DNA from: a bacterium
GTDB taxonomy: Bacteria; Hinthialibacterota; Hinthialibacteria; Hinthialibacterales; Hinthialibacteraceae
Reading direction: 5' to 3'
NCBI GenBank assembly: GCA_963662285.2
Contig: CAXXMV010000008.1
Span: 992,001-1,056,000 of the forward strand
Length of the DNA stretch: 64,000 nucleotides
This document shows, one piece after another, positions 28,901 to 37,851 of the stretch; the first letter of the stretch is position 1; every line of letters starts with the position of its first letter. Below the pieces are notes generated by a model. The model saw nothing but the letters and a program-made list of their open reading frames with translations, did no database searches and was not told the DNA's origin. The position numbers and the translations under genes are program-made.

Positions 28901-31799
28901 TGGAAAAAGCGTTTTCTTCCAGGTTATTGTGGAGGGACTTAATGGATTTAATGATAAAGTCTATCTGCAACTCAAAAAATTGCCTGCCGGATTTGATGCA
29001 CGCATCTTTCCCGATACGCTTATCCCGCCAAGCCGGGCTACGCTTATCCTGACTCCAAAATCGGACGCTGGAATATTTGATAATGCTGATGGATATGGGG
29101 TCGAAGAATTTGTGATCCAGGCGCTCCCGTCCAAGATCAAATCCGTTGAAGAAACAGCTTATATCAATATCCTTCCTCGGGGAGCAATGATCTTAAAAGA
29201 TCCCGTTCCAAGAGAGCCATATCAAATCGATCTCCGCTCCACATCGAAAGGAGAAGAAACTGTCGGTCAAACAGTAAAAATCAAAGGCCAGATTTATAAT
29301 AATCCCGCAATTCGATATATCACAGTCAGCGCTTTACGACCGGGGGAGTTTGCGCCTGAGATTCATCCGAATGTTGAAGTCTCTGAACGCGGGGGATATT
29401 TCGATACGGAATTTGAGATTCGCCATTCAGATCAGTTAGTTCTTGATTCCAATGACGCGCCATGGAAAATCGAAGCCTTTTATAAAAGCGGTACGCGCGA
29501 CAATCCGTTCAACGCCGTCAGCGAGCCGCTTTATTTGCGCGTCGGCGAATCGAATCCGATTGCTGGAAAGCGAAGCCGCCGTCAACTGAATATGATCGCA
29601 TCCACCGATGATGATCAATTAAAAATCCTTCACGGAAAAGTAATCATAGTCGGCGGCGCAAGCGACGGATCGATCAGCGTTAACGCTATCTATAATTTGA
29701 CATCGACATTATATAGAAACCTGATTAACGAACGGCGTTTCAATCCGGATTCCATCCATTACCTGGCGCCCGTTCCGGTCGATCCATCCATCGGTCAGAA
29801 AACGAGCAACCAAGCGTTAAGCACAGCTATCGACAATGCAAATGACGCAGATTACCTTCTTATATATCTGGTCGGAGGAGGAGGAGATGGATATTTCTAT
29901 CTGTCTTCGCAAGAACGTTTGACCGGCGATTCTTTGAAATCACTTCTTTATGAGCGTATTCAAAATACTGAAAAATATACTCTTATTGTTGTAGATGCCC
30001 CACAAGCAGGCATCATGAAAAGCATTTTCCCAATCCAACCCAATCTAGAAGTTATCGCCAGCACCGGTTCGAGCGAAGACAGCATTGCCATCTTCAGCGT
30101 ATCGGATGAAGGGCAGCCATTCTCATTTTCCGATCTTTTCTTTGATGGATTGATGAGAGGAAAAACCATCCGGGATTCACTTGCCTATTCCCGCAAGCAT
30201 TTGCGAAGAATTCAGGAACCGAATATTCAACAAATCCCCGTTCCATTGGAAAACGACCTTTCCGAACCGTTTGCATCACTCGTTCTTGGTACGGCATATA
30301 CGCCGGAAAACGAACCGATGGCGGACAACCTGCCTCCACGAATCGAAGAAGTCCCCGATTCGATGAAAATATTACGCGGTGGAACGTTGCATCTCAAGGT
30401 TAAAATTAGGGATGAAGAGGAAGAGGATAAAGACAGCAGCGGTGAAGATGTGATTCTATCAGTTCGAATCACAGAATTTGGAACATCCATTAGTTATGAA
30501 ATTCCAGCGACGTATCTACCCGATAGCGACGAGTTGGATATACATGTTGAGAATTTCCCCATCGAGCCATTCGGAGAAAATGCTCCTAACGGACAATATA
30601 CATTGAGCATGCTCGTTCAAGACAAAACGGACAACTCAACTGCGCCCGCAATTACGTCGATTGATGTAATAGCGCCAATGCAAACTTATGAGTTCGGTGA
30701 AAGCAGTTTAGCTGAATCCGGTTGGGCGGAAATTGCAGGTGGTTTTTCCGGAGCGATCCCGGGAAGGATATCAATGCAAGGTTTTAACAATCCAAGCATC
30801 ATACCTTCCAGCCAGGATCAAAAAGGAATGGCCATCCAGGTTGAACCGGGACAAGTGGCTTTCGTTTACGCCACAACTCCAATTCAGACCAACGGTAATC
30901 CAATATTGCTCCGAGCCATGATGCGTTCCACCTCGCAAAATGCCGCCATTTGGTGCGTCGGATTGAAAGGCGATTTGAGTAAAACTGAACAGGTAGACGG
31001 TTCGTTGACTTTAACTAACGCCATGACGGCCAGCGCTTTTCTCGCTCAAGAGAAGCACAATATTCTTTTGTATAATCCCATCGGCGAAGAACCAGTAACT
31101 CCGGTAATTCAAGTTCAAGGAAATGGAGATAGCGCAACCACTGTCTGGATCGACCGAGTTGAAATATATGAAATCGATCCAACCAAATCATATCCAAGCG
31201 AACTGTTCACGATGATTGAGACCCAGCCTAACAGCCAAACAGCGCAAACAAGTTTTCAGCCGGATGCGGTTTATGAATTCGATGGCGCGTCACAATGGTT
31301 AGAAATTCCAGGAGGCTTTGAAGGCGCTAATCCCGGTTCTATTGATTTAGTCGACTTTGGTAATAATTACAATATTTTGCCTTCAAGCTTAGACCGTAAA
31401 GGACTTGCAGTTTCTATGGATAAAGATGAACTGGCGCTGATATTCTCCGCATTGCCTATACCGGTTGAGAATGAACCAGTTTTAATGCGTATGAAGGTTC
31501 AGGCCAGTTCTTCAAATGTCTCTAACTGGTTGATTGGCCTCAAAGGGAATGTTGCTACAGGCGAAAATGTTGATGGATCGAAGGGTTATAATTACCTATC
31601 TCAATCCTATGATTATTCGAATTCAGAGAAGACGATTATTCTTCTTTATGAGCCAGATTCGGGAACGTTGATTACCCCTGGAATTCAAGCGACGAACAAG
31701 TCAGGAAATGGACAAGCGATTCTATATATTGATCGCATGGAAATATACAAACTGAAATCCGGTTTATACTATCCCGGCTCATTATTCAATGGAGAATAA
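25932..31799 (+). CDS. Giant secreted modular protein: jelly-roll + GH-like beta-propeller + Ig domains + Pro/Thr repeats + inactive clan CD domain + two copies of shared C-terminal domain
   Basis: 1955 aa ORF with signal-like N-terminus; GTPSVIQKGNYYYLFYT propeller-like region; EPPTFTPTATS repeats; C-terminal ~990 aa closely related to 44264-50596. Confidence 0.75.
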   Translation: MMKYRVNFHFIKQLIIYGTYLILITLSAGAKPRIVLIKDFLSDISLQNAVWRDTGLQAFEFSSRQAGTERAGTGFINHCADIHTNPSKDLHSSIYGSYIINLPDLKRIQLELRYDLFKNANGVFKHSDFYVKVIEKNELGKYHATAIFHDPNLEQQTQIDSIKKEEDREFTSHPFIVDLSPWRGEKLIRIDLVVDTPSGITVPCHGRWVEASLKGTTFNIALGEVQKITGKQASRNSNNSLSINPQLLRDSETGERQDISINDLSNYPDTGITTVNLNGRWLAYTHAINSYNNSNKRGTVVFDLSSYSSENLYTISVDDFAKTLVRGESLHSAEPALSGNPFLLFEPSDYSSRIDNYYTGVSSAVVNNSQVHAFLNLHDRYLNLSYHNWDYTRIGYARSQDTWDHDGYEFGEIYSIIEGYQSESSINATRNTYGVGTPSVIQKGNYYYLFYTRWLDRKFISDSLDSICVARAYKNDLFNSNIEISTQAWKKYYLGSWSENGIGGKSSPILNQGWSWRAFPKVHFNTHYNEYVMLCLGPSGVYMYMTDNQDLTDWGSSVLLQGLESYPQALYPSVIGQGGSDTECDQYGMLYYAYDTNQTLGGHTMARRQIYFDGKPSPPVASIDSIRIDDESVPVDISPITLNEGRKLKIAFSGYDPGNTNPTYTHGLNPPSVPAIIETSVNSEGFITGTLTYTPGQNDADILDNGNDSTNDPFLFQFRVTNEFEESVINIVVDIINSNQPPVISTTYKIQGSYTTPIPINDGNTINAEAGQTLVFNYQAVDEDGDAIMLPEHPIISGPDDLTSSLTVTNVETNSIDWLLVIEIPSEINLLGEEITIEQYVEDEHNVLRKVTYYIYVKPLPPTPTFTFTPTYEPPTFTPTATSIPTPEPPTFTPTATSIPTPEPPTFTPTATSTPTLEPPTFTPTATSTPTLEPPTFTPTATSTPTLKPPTFTPTATSTPTPEPPTPTPEVTSSEPGVYITTKEILRRCSGKSVFFQVIVEGLNGFNDKVYLQLKKLPAGFDARIFPDTLIPPSRATLILTPKSDAGIFDNADGYGVEEFVIQALPSKIKSVEETAYINILPRGAMILKDPVPREPYQIDLRSTSKGEETVGQTVKIKGQIYNNPAIRYITVSALRPGEFAPEIHPNVEVSERGGYFDTEFEIRHSDQLVLDSNDAPWKIEAFYKSGTRDNPFNAVSEPLYLRVGESNPIAGKRSRRQLNMIASTDDDQLKILHGKVIIVGGASDGSISVNAIYNLTSTLYRNLINERRFNPDSIHYLAPVPVDPSIGQKTSNQALSTAIDNANDADYLLIYLVGGGGDGYFYLSSQERLTGDSLKSLLYERIQNTEKYTLIVVDAPQAGIMKSIFPIQPNLEVIASTGSSEDSIAIFSVSDEGQPFSFSDLFFDGLMRGKTIRDSLAYSRKHLRRIQEPNIQQIPVPLENDLSEPFASLVLGTAYTPENEPMADNLPPRIEEVPDSMKILRGGTLHLKVKIRDEEEEDKDSSGEDVILSVRITEFGTSISYEIPATYLPDSDELDIHVENFPIEPFGENAPNGQYTLSMLVQDKTDNSTAPAITSIDVIAPMQTYEFGESSLAESGWAEIAGGFSGAIPGRISMQGFNNPSIIPSSQDQKGMAIQVEPGQVAFVYATTPIQTNGNPILLRAMMRSTSQNAAIWCVGLKGDLSKTEQVDGSLTLTNAMTASAFLAQEKHNILLYNPIGEEPVTPVIQVQGNGDSATTVWIDRVEIYEIDPTKSYPSELFTMIETQPNSQTAQTSFQPDAVYEFDGASQWLEIPGGFEGANPGSIDLVDFGNNYNILPSSLDRKGLAVSMDKDELALIFSALPIPVENEPVLMRMKVQASSSNVSNWLIGLKGNVATGENVDGSKGYNYLSQSYDYSNSEKTIILLYEPDSGTLITPGIQATNKSGNGQAILYIDRMEIYKLKSGLYYPGSLFNGE
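28548..28817 (+). repeat. Coding tandem repeat, 6 x 45 bp (EPPTFTPTATS[IT]PT[PL])
   Basis: Unit gagccgccaacatttactccaacggc[ct]acttcaa[ct]tccaacgc[ct]t repeated six times in frame. Confidence 0.95.
28840..31799 (+). repeat. Left arm of ~3 kb inverted duplication (partner ~44264-47220)
   Basis: 30048-31799 is almost identical to the reverse complement of 44264-46015; ~29140-29620 closely matches ~46440-46920; near-identical shadow ORFs appear in both arms. Confidence 0.93.
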
Positions 31800-31818
31800 T
31801 ACATATTATGAGTGAAAC

Positions 31819-31849
31819 AAAAAGCCCTTCTTGGCGAGAAGGGCTTTTT
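31819..31849. terminator. Bidirectional rho-independent terminator
   Basis: AAAAAGCCCTTCT-TGGCG-AGAAGGGCTTTTT between convergent stops at 31799 and 31872. Confidence 0.9.
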
Positions 31850-31871
31850 AGCGAAATATCATGGCTAGATT

Positions 31872-32402
31872 CTATTTATGATTAAAAACGACATCGGTAA
31901 TCATATCATCATCAGGACCTTCTTGATCATCACCAGTTCGCATTGGATGATTGTAGACTGTAATATTATAGTTTGCTGCATACTTATAATTTGGACGATC
32001 TTCCCATTTCTGAATCAATCCATTAATGAAATCGATCAGCATTGTAATTAAGATGCCGCTGCTTTGGCCTTGATACTGTGGGTCTACCGCCACTTCATAG
32101 GAGCCTCCATATTGCTGAACAGCGGCAATCCATTTTGCTAAGCGCCTTGGAGGAGCATTAAGCCGGTATTTCTCTTCTAGATGAACAGTAACGCTAGCAA
32201 ATTCTTCCCGAAGGGAGGCTGATAATAATTGTTCAAATTCAGGCGTATTCTGAAAGTCAATCTCTTCCTGGCCAGTGATCGAAGAGCCTGAATAATCTAT
32301 GCTTCCACCCGGTACTCTAGGGAGTGTAGAGATGCACCCAACCAAAAGAATAGAGGATGATAATAGAAGAACCATCACAAATACCAACATAGTTCGCTTC
32401 AT
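31872..32402 (-). CDS. Hypothetical lipoprotein
   Basis: MKRTMLVFVMVLLLSSSILLVG|C lipobox; AGGAG RBS upstream. Confidence 0.75.
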   Translation of the reverse strand: MKRTMLVFVMVLLLSSSILLVGCISTLPRVPGGSIDYSGSSITGQEEIDFQNTPEFEQLLSASLREEFASVTVHLEEKYRLNAPPRRLAKWIAAVQQYGGSYEVAVDPQYQGQSSGILITMLIDFINGLIQKWEDRPNYKYAANYNITVYNHPMRTGDDQEGPDDDMITDVVFNHK

Positions 32403-32797
32403 TATTTTTACTCCTTTAGATATTTTTTAGAAAAATAAAACATTTCCCTCATAATGTCTAGTGCACCTGTAGATGTAATGTAATGATGCACTATAGGAAA
32501 TGATTTTTCTCCCCTTGCGCTATTTGGGGTATCTATTTTTGGTATATTTCGTCTGTTTTTATATTATCATGTCATTTGGATATTGTTAATTAATTGCAAA
32601 TATTCTAATAGACGCTTATGTAAAATTTTATTGCATATTAAAAGATATATTAAAATAAAGAAATTAAATAATTTTAGAAAAAATACATTTTAAATGGCAT
32701 AATTTGATTTTATGAATTGTGTTTGACGAAGTAGATGGGTTATAATTGGAAACCTGAATTTTTTATCTAAATTTATCTAAATGACAGGAAAAGATAA

Positions 32798-35110
32798 ATG
32801 TCCTCTCGTTATCATATCTCTCTATCCGTACTTCACTTTTTGATAATTTCTCTTTTTATAATCCCGTATTTATATGCTCAAGAAGTATCCGATCCAATAC
32901 CCGATCAAGGGCCAGACTTGTATGACTTATTCATGATGGATGATACTCATGAAACAGAGAATATTGTTTCAACAAATATCAATCAAATGCACAATTTCGA
33001 TTCTTCCGGGGATGTTGATTGGATTCATTTCACCGTCTTAAACGCAACCGATGAATTGAAGATCACTGTCACCAATATAGGCGCCTTATGTGATCCTAGT
33101 ATGACATTCTATGAAAAAGCAGAAAATGAAGATGCTCCGGGACATCTGTTTGATATTCTTGATAATCCACGCAATAATGCTGGCGCTGGCGTTGGAAAAG
33201 AAGAGGTAATATTAAGTGCGCAAGTAAGTGGTTTGAATGATTATTATTTAAAGATAGAAAACGATGCTCCTTATGACAATGCCTTATTTGCAGATATGGT
33301 TTATAGTGTTGAAATCAAATCCAATTTAGCCGGTTCGGTACCGGCAATTTTGTTTCTTTCACCTGATCCACAAACTGTATATCCCGGTTCAACGCCTAAT
33401 GAAATATATTTTACAATTAAAAATATTGGAGAGATAAAGACTAGTATCGATACTCAAGCAACGCTTATTCCCATTTCTCCTATTGAAATCATTGATAACT
33501 CCAGCATTCAACAATTTGGTAACATAGAACCCTCTGCTACGGCCAATAATGAACAACCTTTCAAATTTATTATACCCGATAGCATGATCGGTGAAGAACA
33601 TCTTATATTCAAACTTATATTCAAATATAAGATTCAGATTTCCTATACGAGTATTGGATTAAAATTTGGTCATAACGAAGTGAATATATCCATGCCGATT
33701 GGTGAAGCGCCGGAACCATCTCCTACCAATACGCCAAGCAATACTCCGACTAATACGCCGATTCCGACCAATACGCCAAGCAATACTCCGACTAACACGC
33801 CGATTCCGACCAATACGCCAAGCAATACTCCAACTAACACGCCGATTCCTACCAATACGCCAAGCAATACTCCGACTAACACTCCGATTCCGACCAATAC
33901 GCCAAGCAATACTCCGACTAATACGCCGATTCCGACCAATACGCCAAGCAATACTCCGACTAACACGCCGATTCCGACCAATACGCCAAGCAATACTCCG
34001 ACTAACACGCCGATTCCGACCAATACGCCAAGCAATACTCCGACTAACACGCCGATTCCGACCAATACGCCAAGCAATACTCCAACTAATACGCCGATTC
34101 CGACCAATACGCCAAGCAATACACCGACTAACACGCCGATTCCGACCAATACGCCAAGCAATACTCCGACTAATACGCCGATTCCGACCAATACGCCAAG
34201 CAATACTCCAACTAACACGCCAACGCCGGATATTTCATTTAATGTGGATATTCAATCGACAGCAGTTGATATTGCACTACTTGATCAACCTCTACCTTTA
34301 TCTGCCGATATAGTAAACCGTGGTGATTCCCCGATTAGCGGCAACGTAAAGGTCTTTATAGATGATTTCTTGTTTTTCCAATTCAACGCGTTTGATTCAT
34401 TGGCGCCTAGTGAATCCCTAACATTCACAACGGAAGCAGCTTATTTTCATATTCCCAAAAATATCTCCGTGAAATGGCTTTGTGAAGTAATAGATTCTGG
34501 CGTCACTTATCCATATGAGAGAAATTTGTTTTTTAATGTTATATCTCTTCCAGAAAAAAAACCTGATTACATTTTTGAATTTAGGCCTTCAGCCAATCCA
34601 AATTCATTTACAGATGGTTGGGTAGAAATTCCAGGAGGTTTTGATAATGAAGATCCAGGAGATATTCTATCCGAAGAATTTAATGCAAACTTATTCACCG
34701 ATTCTCAAGATAATCAAGGGTTGAAATTTAATGTTGAAAACGGTCAGGTAAGTCTGATTGTTGATATGAATCCTGTTGATACTAATGGAAAGCCTGTATT
34801 GATTCGAGCTTCTATACGTTCGGATGGAGACGGTGCGCAGATTGCTCTTGGCTCTTTGACCGGTGATCTTTTACATCACACTTATAATGGTTCTCTTGCA
34901 ACAATCATTGTTGCTACATCGACTGATTATCAAGAAATAGCCAAACAAGTTATTATGCTTTACCAACCTGATGAGAGAAATTTAATTACGCCAGTTTTTC
35001 AAGTTTCATCAAATAAAATGGAACCAACTAATGTTTTTTTGGATCGTATAGAGATATACATCCTAGATGATCAAACAAAAGTAACGGGTTCGTTATTTGA
35101 AAGTGGATAA
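32798..35110 (+). CDS. Secreted protein: PPC-like domain, Ig-like domains, long PTNT repeat, one shared C-terminal domain
   Basis: Signal peptide; [17 protein letters not shown]-like motif; 12 x 14 aa repeat; C-terminal GWVEIPGGF...DRIEIY domain. Confidence 0.75.
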   Translation: MSSRYHISLSVLHFLIISLFIIPYLYAQEVSDPIPDQGPDLYDLFMMDDTHETENIVSTNINQMHNFDSSGDVDWIHFTVLNATDELKITVTNIGALCDPSMTFYEKAENEDAPGHLFDILDNPRNNAGAGVGKEEVILSAQVSGLNDYYLKIENDAPYDNALFADMVYSVEIKSNLAGSVPAILFLSPDPQTVYPGSTPNEIYFTIKNIGEIKTSIDTQATLIPISPIEIIDNSSIQQFGNIEPSATANNEQPFKFIIPDSMIGEEHLIFKLIFKYKIQISYTSIGLKFGHNEVNISMPIGEAPEPSPTNTPSNTPTNTPIPTNTPSNTPTNTPIPTNTPSNTPTNTPIPTNTPSNTPTNTPIPTNTPSNTPTNTPIPTNTPSNTPTNTPIPTNTPSNTPTNTPIPTNTPSNTPTNTPIPTNTPSNTPTNTPIPTNTPSNTPTNTPIPTNTPSNTPTNTPIPTNTPSNTPTNTPTPDISFNVDIQSTAVDIALLDQPLPLSADIVNRGDSPISGNVKVFIDDFLFFQFNAFDSLAPSESLTFTTEAAYFHIPKNISVKWLCEVIDSGVTYPYERNLFFNVISLPEKKPDYIFEFRPSANPNSFTDGWVEIPGGFDNEDPGDILSEEFNANLFTDSQDNQGLKFNVENGQVSLIVDMNPVDTNGKPVLIRASIRSDGDGAQIALGSLTGDLLHHTYNGSLATIIVATSTDYQEIAKQVIMLYQPDERNLITPVFQVSSNKMEPTNVFLDRIEIYILDDQTKVTGSLFESG
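33722..34225 (+). repeat. Coding tandem repeat, 12 x 42 bp ([14 protein letters not shown])
   Basis: Unit ccgaccaatacgccaagcaatactccgactaa[ct]acgccgatt, contiguous, no spacers, in frame. Confidence 0.97.
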
Positions 35111-35177
35111 AAAATAAGACATATCTTTTTGGCCTTATTTTTAAATTTTAGACTTATTAAAATCATAGGAGGAAGTT

Positions 35178-36449
35178 ATGAGTATTAGCAAGTTGGGTAT
35201 TTTGAGTATTGCTTTGTTATTACTGTTTTCGCCGAATGTAATGGCTCAGCAGGTTTCAGATCCATTTCAAGAAAGCATAAACACCGTCTTTCTTGATTCC
35301 TTAAGCGGTTATAGCCCTCTCGGATTGCACTCCGCACGCACTTTGGGCATGGGTGGAGCAGGAATCGGTATAGCCGATGATGCTTCGGCGCTTCGTTATA
35401 ATCCATCTGGTCTTGGAAATATAGATCGCTGGCAGATTTTTGGATCGGGTTGGTATGATACTAGCCGGGGTTTCCAAAAAGATACTCGTCATAACGAATG
35501 GGATGATTTTGGATTTTCACAGGGAGGGGTTGTCGCTCCCATTACTGAAGGTTTGACAGCTGCTTTTCTCTATCAAGTTATGCAGTTTTATGAAGCGCAA
35601 TACCGGGGCGTAGACCGTTGGGGCGACTATCGTTTGGATTTAGATCAGGAAGGTCAACTCAATTCATATAATATAGGTTTGGGATGGCGAATGATGGATG
35701 ATATTAATATCGGTCTATCTCTCTCATACCTTAATGGAAACCGCGATCAATCTCTATACTCTGAAGGATGGGCTTTGCTGAATCAACCTGGCGAATTCAA
35801 TCTTCAGGGACAAGTAGATCGGGATATTGAAGGATTCGGATTAACCATGGGCGCCCAGTTCTTCCCTGGTCCTGAGAATCTTATTTCCGCCGGCGTCACG
35901 CTTATATCATTCTTTGATGTGGAAGAAGAGTCAAACTTCCACAATGCATTTTATAATCCAGGCAATATTGCTGAAAATAGTTATAAAAGTACAACAGATG
36001 TCGATATTCCTTTCACGCTAGGCGGCGGTGTTGCCTGGCGCCCCTACGAGAATGAAGAAGGCTATCGCCCGTTGACTCTTGGTCTTGATGTCATTTATTC
36101 TCTTTGGGATTCCGGGGATTATCCGGACGATATTCTGGTAATCTTTGGCGACACGAAATACGATTATAGCCTGGATGTCATGATTGGAGGCGAGTATCAG
36201 TATTTCATCACTGATTCAATCAGCCTCACTCCAAGAATTGGCTATAAGTTTGAAAAACTGCCTAATGAACTCGAAACAGGTGAAACCCTATATTGGCATA
36301 ATGTGACGGGTGGTTTAGGCGTTGTTTTCGGCGTAAATCTTCAGTTCGACGTTGCTTACCAACGCGGGTGGTTGTATATCCAGGATAAACGATTCAATGA
36401 AGAACTCGAACGTGATCGGCTTGTTTTCAGCATGACCTATGCCTTTTAA
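35178..36449 (+). CDS. Outer-membrane beta-barrel, FadL/OmpP1/PorV-like family
   Basis: Signal peptide; SARTLGMGGAGIGIADDASALRYNPSGL plug motif; amphipathic beta-strands; C-terminal SMTYAF. Confidence 0.82.
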   Translation: MSISKLGILSIALLLLFSPNVMAQQVSDPFQESINTVFLDSLSGYSPLGLHSARTLGMGGAGIGIADDASALRYNPSGLGNIDRWQIFGSGWYDTSRGFQKDTRHNEWDDFGFSQGGVVAPITEGLTAAFLYQVMQFYEAQYRGVDRWGDYRLDLDQEGQLNSYNIGLGWRMMDDINIGLSLSYLNGNRDQSLYSEGWALLNQPGEFNLQGQVDRDIEGFGLTMGAQFFPGPENLISAGVTLISFFDVEEESNFHNAFYNPGNIAENSYKSTTDVDIPFTLGGGVAWRPYENEEGYRPLTLGLDVIYSLWDSGDYPDDILVIFGDTKYDYSLDVMIGGEYQYFITDSISLTPRIGYKFEKLPNELETGETLYWHNVTGGLGVVFGVNLQFDVAYQRGWLYIQDKRFNEELERDRLVFSMTYAF

Positions 36450-36522
36450 ATATTATCATTATATTATTTTTACGATATAATGATAAAATAGGAAAAACAA
36501 TTCTAGTTACACGAGGGATATC

Positions 36523-37155
36523 ATGAAATATTTTGCAAAACTATCCGTTTTTTTATTGATCGTATTTACGGTCAGTTGCGTCAGTCTCACATTGAATATC
36601 TATTTCCCCGCTACAGAGATTAAAGAAGCTGCGGAAGAGATTGAGCAGCGGATTCGAACAGGACAGGGAGCAGAAGGGCTTGATAGCACCAGCTTCGGAA
36701 CAGATATTGCCCCACATAAGTTTTATGTGAGCATCTCGTTTGATGGACGTGAGGCGTATGCTGCTGAAAAGTTGAATATTGATATAAAAACTCCTTTGAT
36801 TCTCAAGATTGTTAAATCAAGAACAGACCGTTATAAAAAAGATATTGCCCCTCTTATGGATAATGGCGTCTTGGGAGAAGGCGCCACGGGTTTCCTGGCT
36901 GTCCGTGACAATAAAGGTCTCGATCTCAAAGCATCAGTAGCCCTGAAAAAAATAATTGATGCAGAAAATAAAGATCGAAAAAGTTTGTATGAAGAAATTC
37001 TTCGTGCAAATAAACTTGAAGTGTCAAAAGAGAATATGGAGAAAGTCCAACAACTTTTTTTCGAAGCAATTCAAAAAAAATTGAAGGTTGGTCAGTATTA
37101 TGAAGTGATTAAGGGGAAAAAGTCTACTTGGATTCAGAAGCAGAAGAAAAAATAA
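36523..37155 (+). CDS. YdbL/DUF1318-family lipoprotein
   Basis: Lipobox TVS|C; LNIYFPA...AAEEI N-terminus; GVLGEGATGFL...AENKDRKSLYEEI...GQYY typical of DUF1318. Confidence 0.8.
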   Translation: MKYFAKLSVFLLIVFTVSCVSLTLNIYFPATEIKEAAEEIEQRIRTGQGAEGLDSTSFGTDIAPHKFYVSISFDGREAYAAEKLNIDIKTPLILKIVKSRTDRYKKDIAPLMDNGVLGEGATGFLAVRDNKGLDLKASVALKKIIDAENKDRKSLYEEILRANKLEVSKENMEKVQQLFFEAIQKKLKVGQYYEVIKGKKSTWIQKQKKK

Positions 37156-37183
37156 TTCCCCAAGTTCCATATTTACTTAAAAT

Positions 37184-37228
37184 AAAAACGTCTCTCATGA
37201 AATTTTGAGAGACGTTTTTTTCTTTTTT
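37184..37228 (+). terminator. Rho-independent terminator
   Basis: AAAAACGTCTCTCA-TGAAATTT-TGAGAGACGTTTTT followed by a T-rich tract. Confidence 0.88.
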
Positions 37229-37394
37229 AATCGATTCTGTGATTCAAATAAACAACAATCTGTTTAACCTTGTTGTAACTAACGCGCTATTACAAAACAA
37301 GAAGAGATATTCTTCTTATAGTAGAACTACCCAAAATGAGTTAGTTGGCCAATTTGCCAATACAGGGCACACCAGAGACATAGTATATGGAAAT

Positions 37395-37787
37395 TTAACG
37401 CGACTGGTTTAGAAATTTACGTCTTTCTTCCCTCTCGCGGAGTTTATCTTTTTGAATTTTGTGGTAGGTGAATGTACCATAAATACCACTCAAAAAACAA
37501 TATGTAAAAATCACAATCCATAACAAACCTCGAGCTTCTCTACTTTCCAATAACGGTAATAAATTGATAAAAAGAAAATATGAAAACAACAGCAGAGAAC
37601 ATATCCGGCTTTTAAGAGCCAGTCCAATAAGAAAGATTATCAATATGACCAAATCAATCATTATATATATATTCAAGGTACCTGATATCAGGTGATATAT
37701 AATCCCTAAAAATATATATAAAATTCCTCCAACAACACCCAGGTTAATTTTCTTTTCTGCAAATTGTAGGTTCATACATGTCTCCAT
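37395..37787 (-). CDS. Small hypothetical membrane protein (about 4 TM)
   Basis: Four hydrophobic stretches and a basic C-terminal tail; last gene of the minus-strand cluster. Confidence 0.6.
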   Translation of the reverse strand: METCMNLQFAEKKINLGVVGGILYIFLGIIYHLISGTLNIYIMIDLVILIIFLIGLALKSRICSLLLFSYFLFINLLPLLESREARGLLWIVIFTYCFLSGIYGTFTYHKIQKDKLREREERRKFLNQSR

Positions 37788-37851
37788 TAATATTAGTCAA
37801 TATTATTTGCATAGAGGCGTTCTAACTGAGCAGTTAACTTGTTCAATTCCA

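Noticed and set aside
32723-32746. TTGACG...TATAAT as a sigma70 promoter
   Set aside because: Spacer is only 12 nt; an alternative weak -35 is possible but cannot be supported.
33722-34225. 42-bp repeat array as a CRISPR
   Set aside because: Contiguous units with no unique spacers, in frame within a CDS, and no cas genes.
33670-34313. ORFs 33670-34218 (-) and 33699-34313 (+), likewise 28490-28801 and 28546-28872
   Set aside because: Alternative-frame shadows of coding tandem repeats that happen to lack stop codons.
37810-37845. GTTCTAAC...GTTAAC as an integron attC site
   Set aside because: Too short for an attC stem, single occurrence, no integrase.
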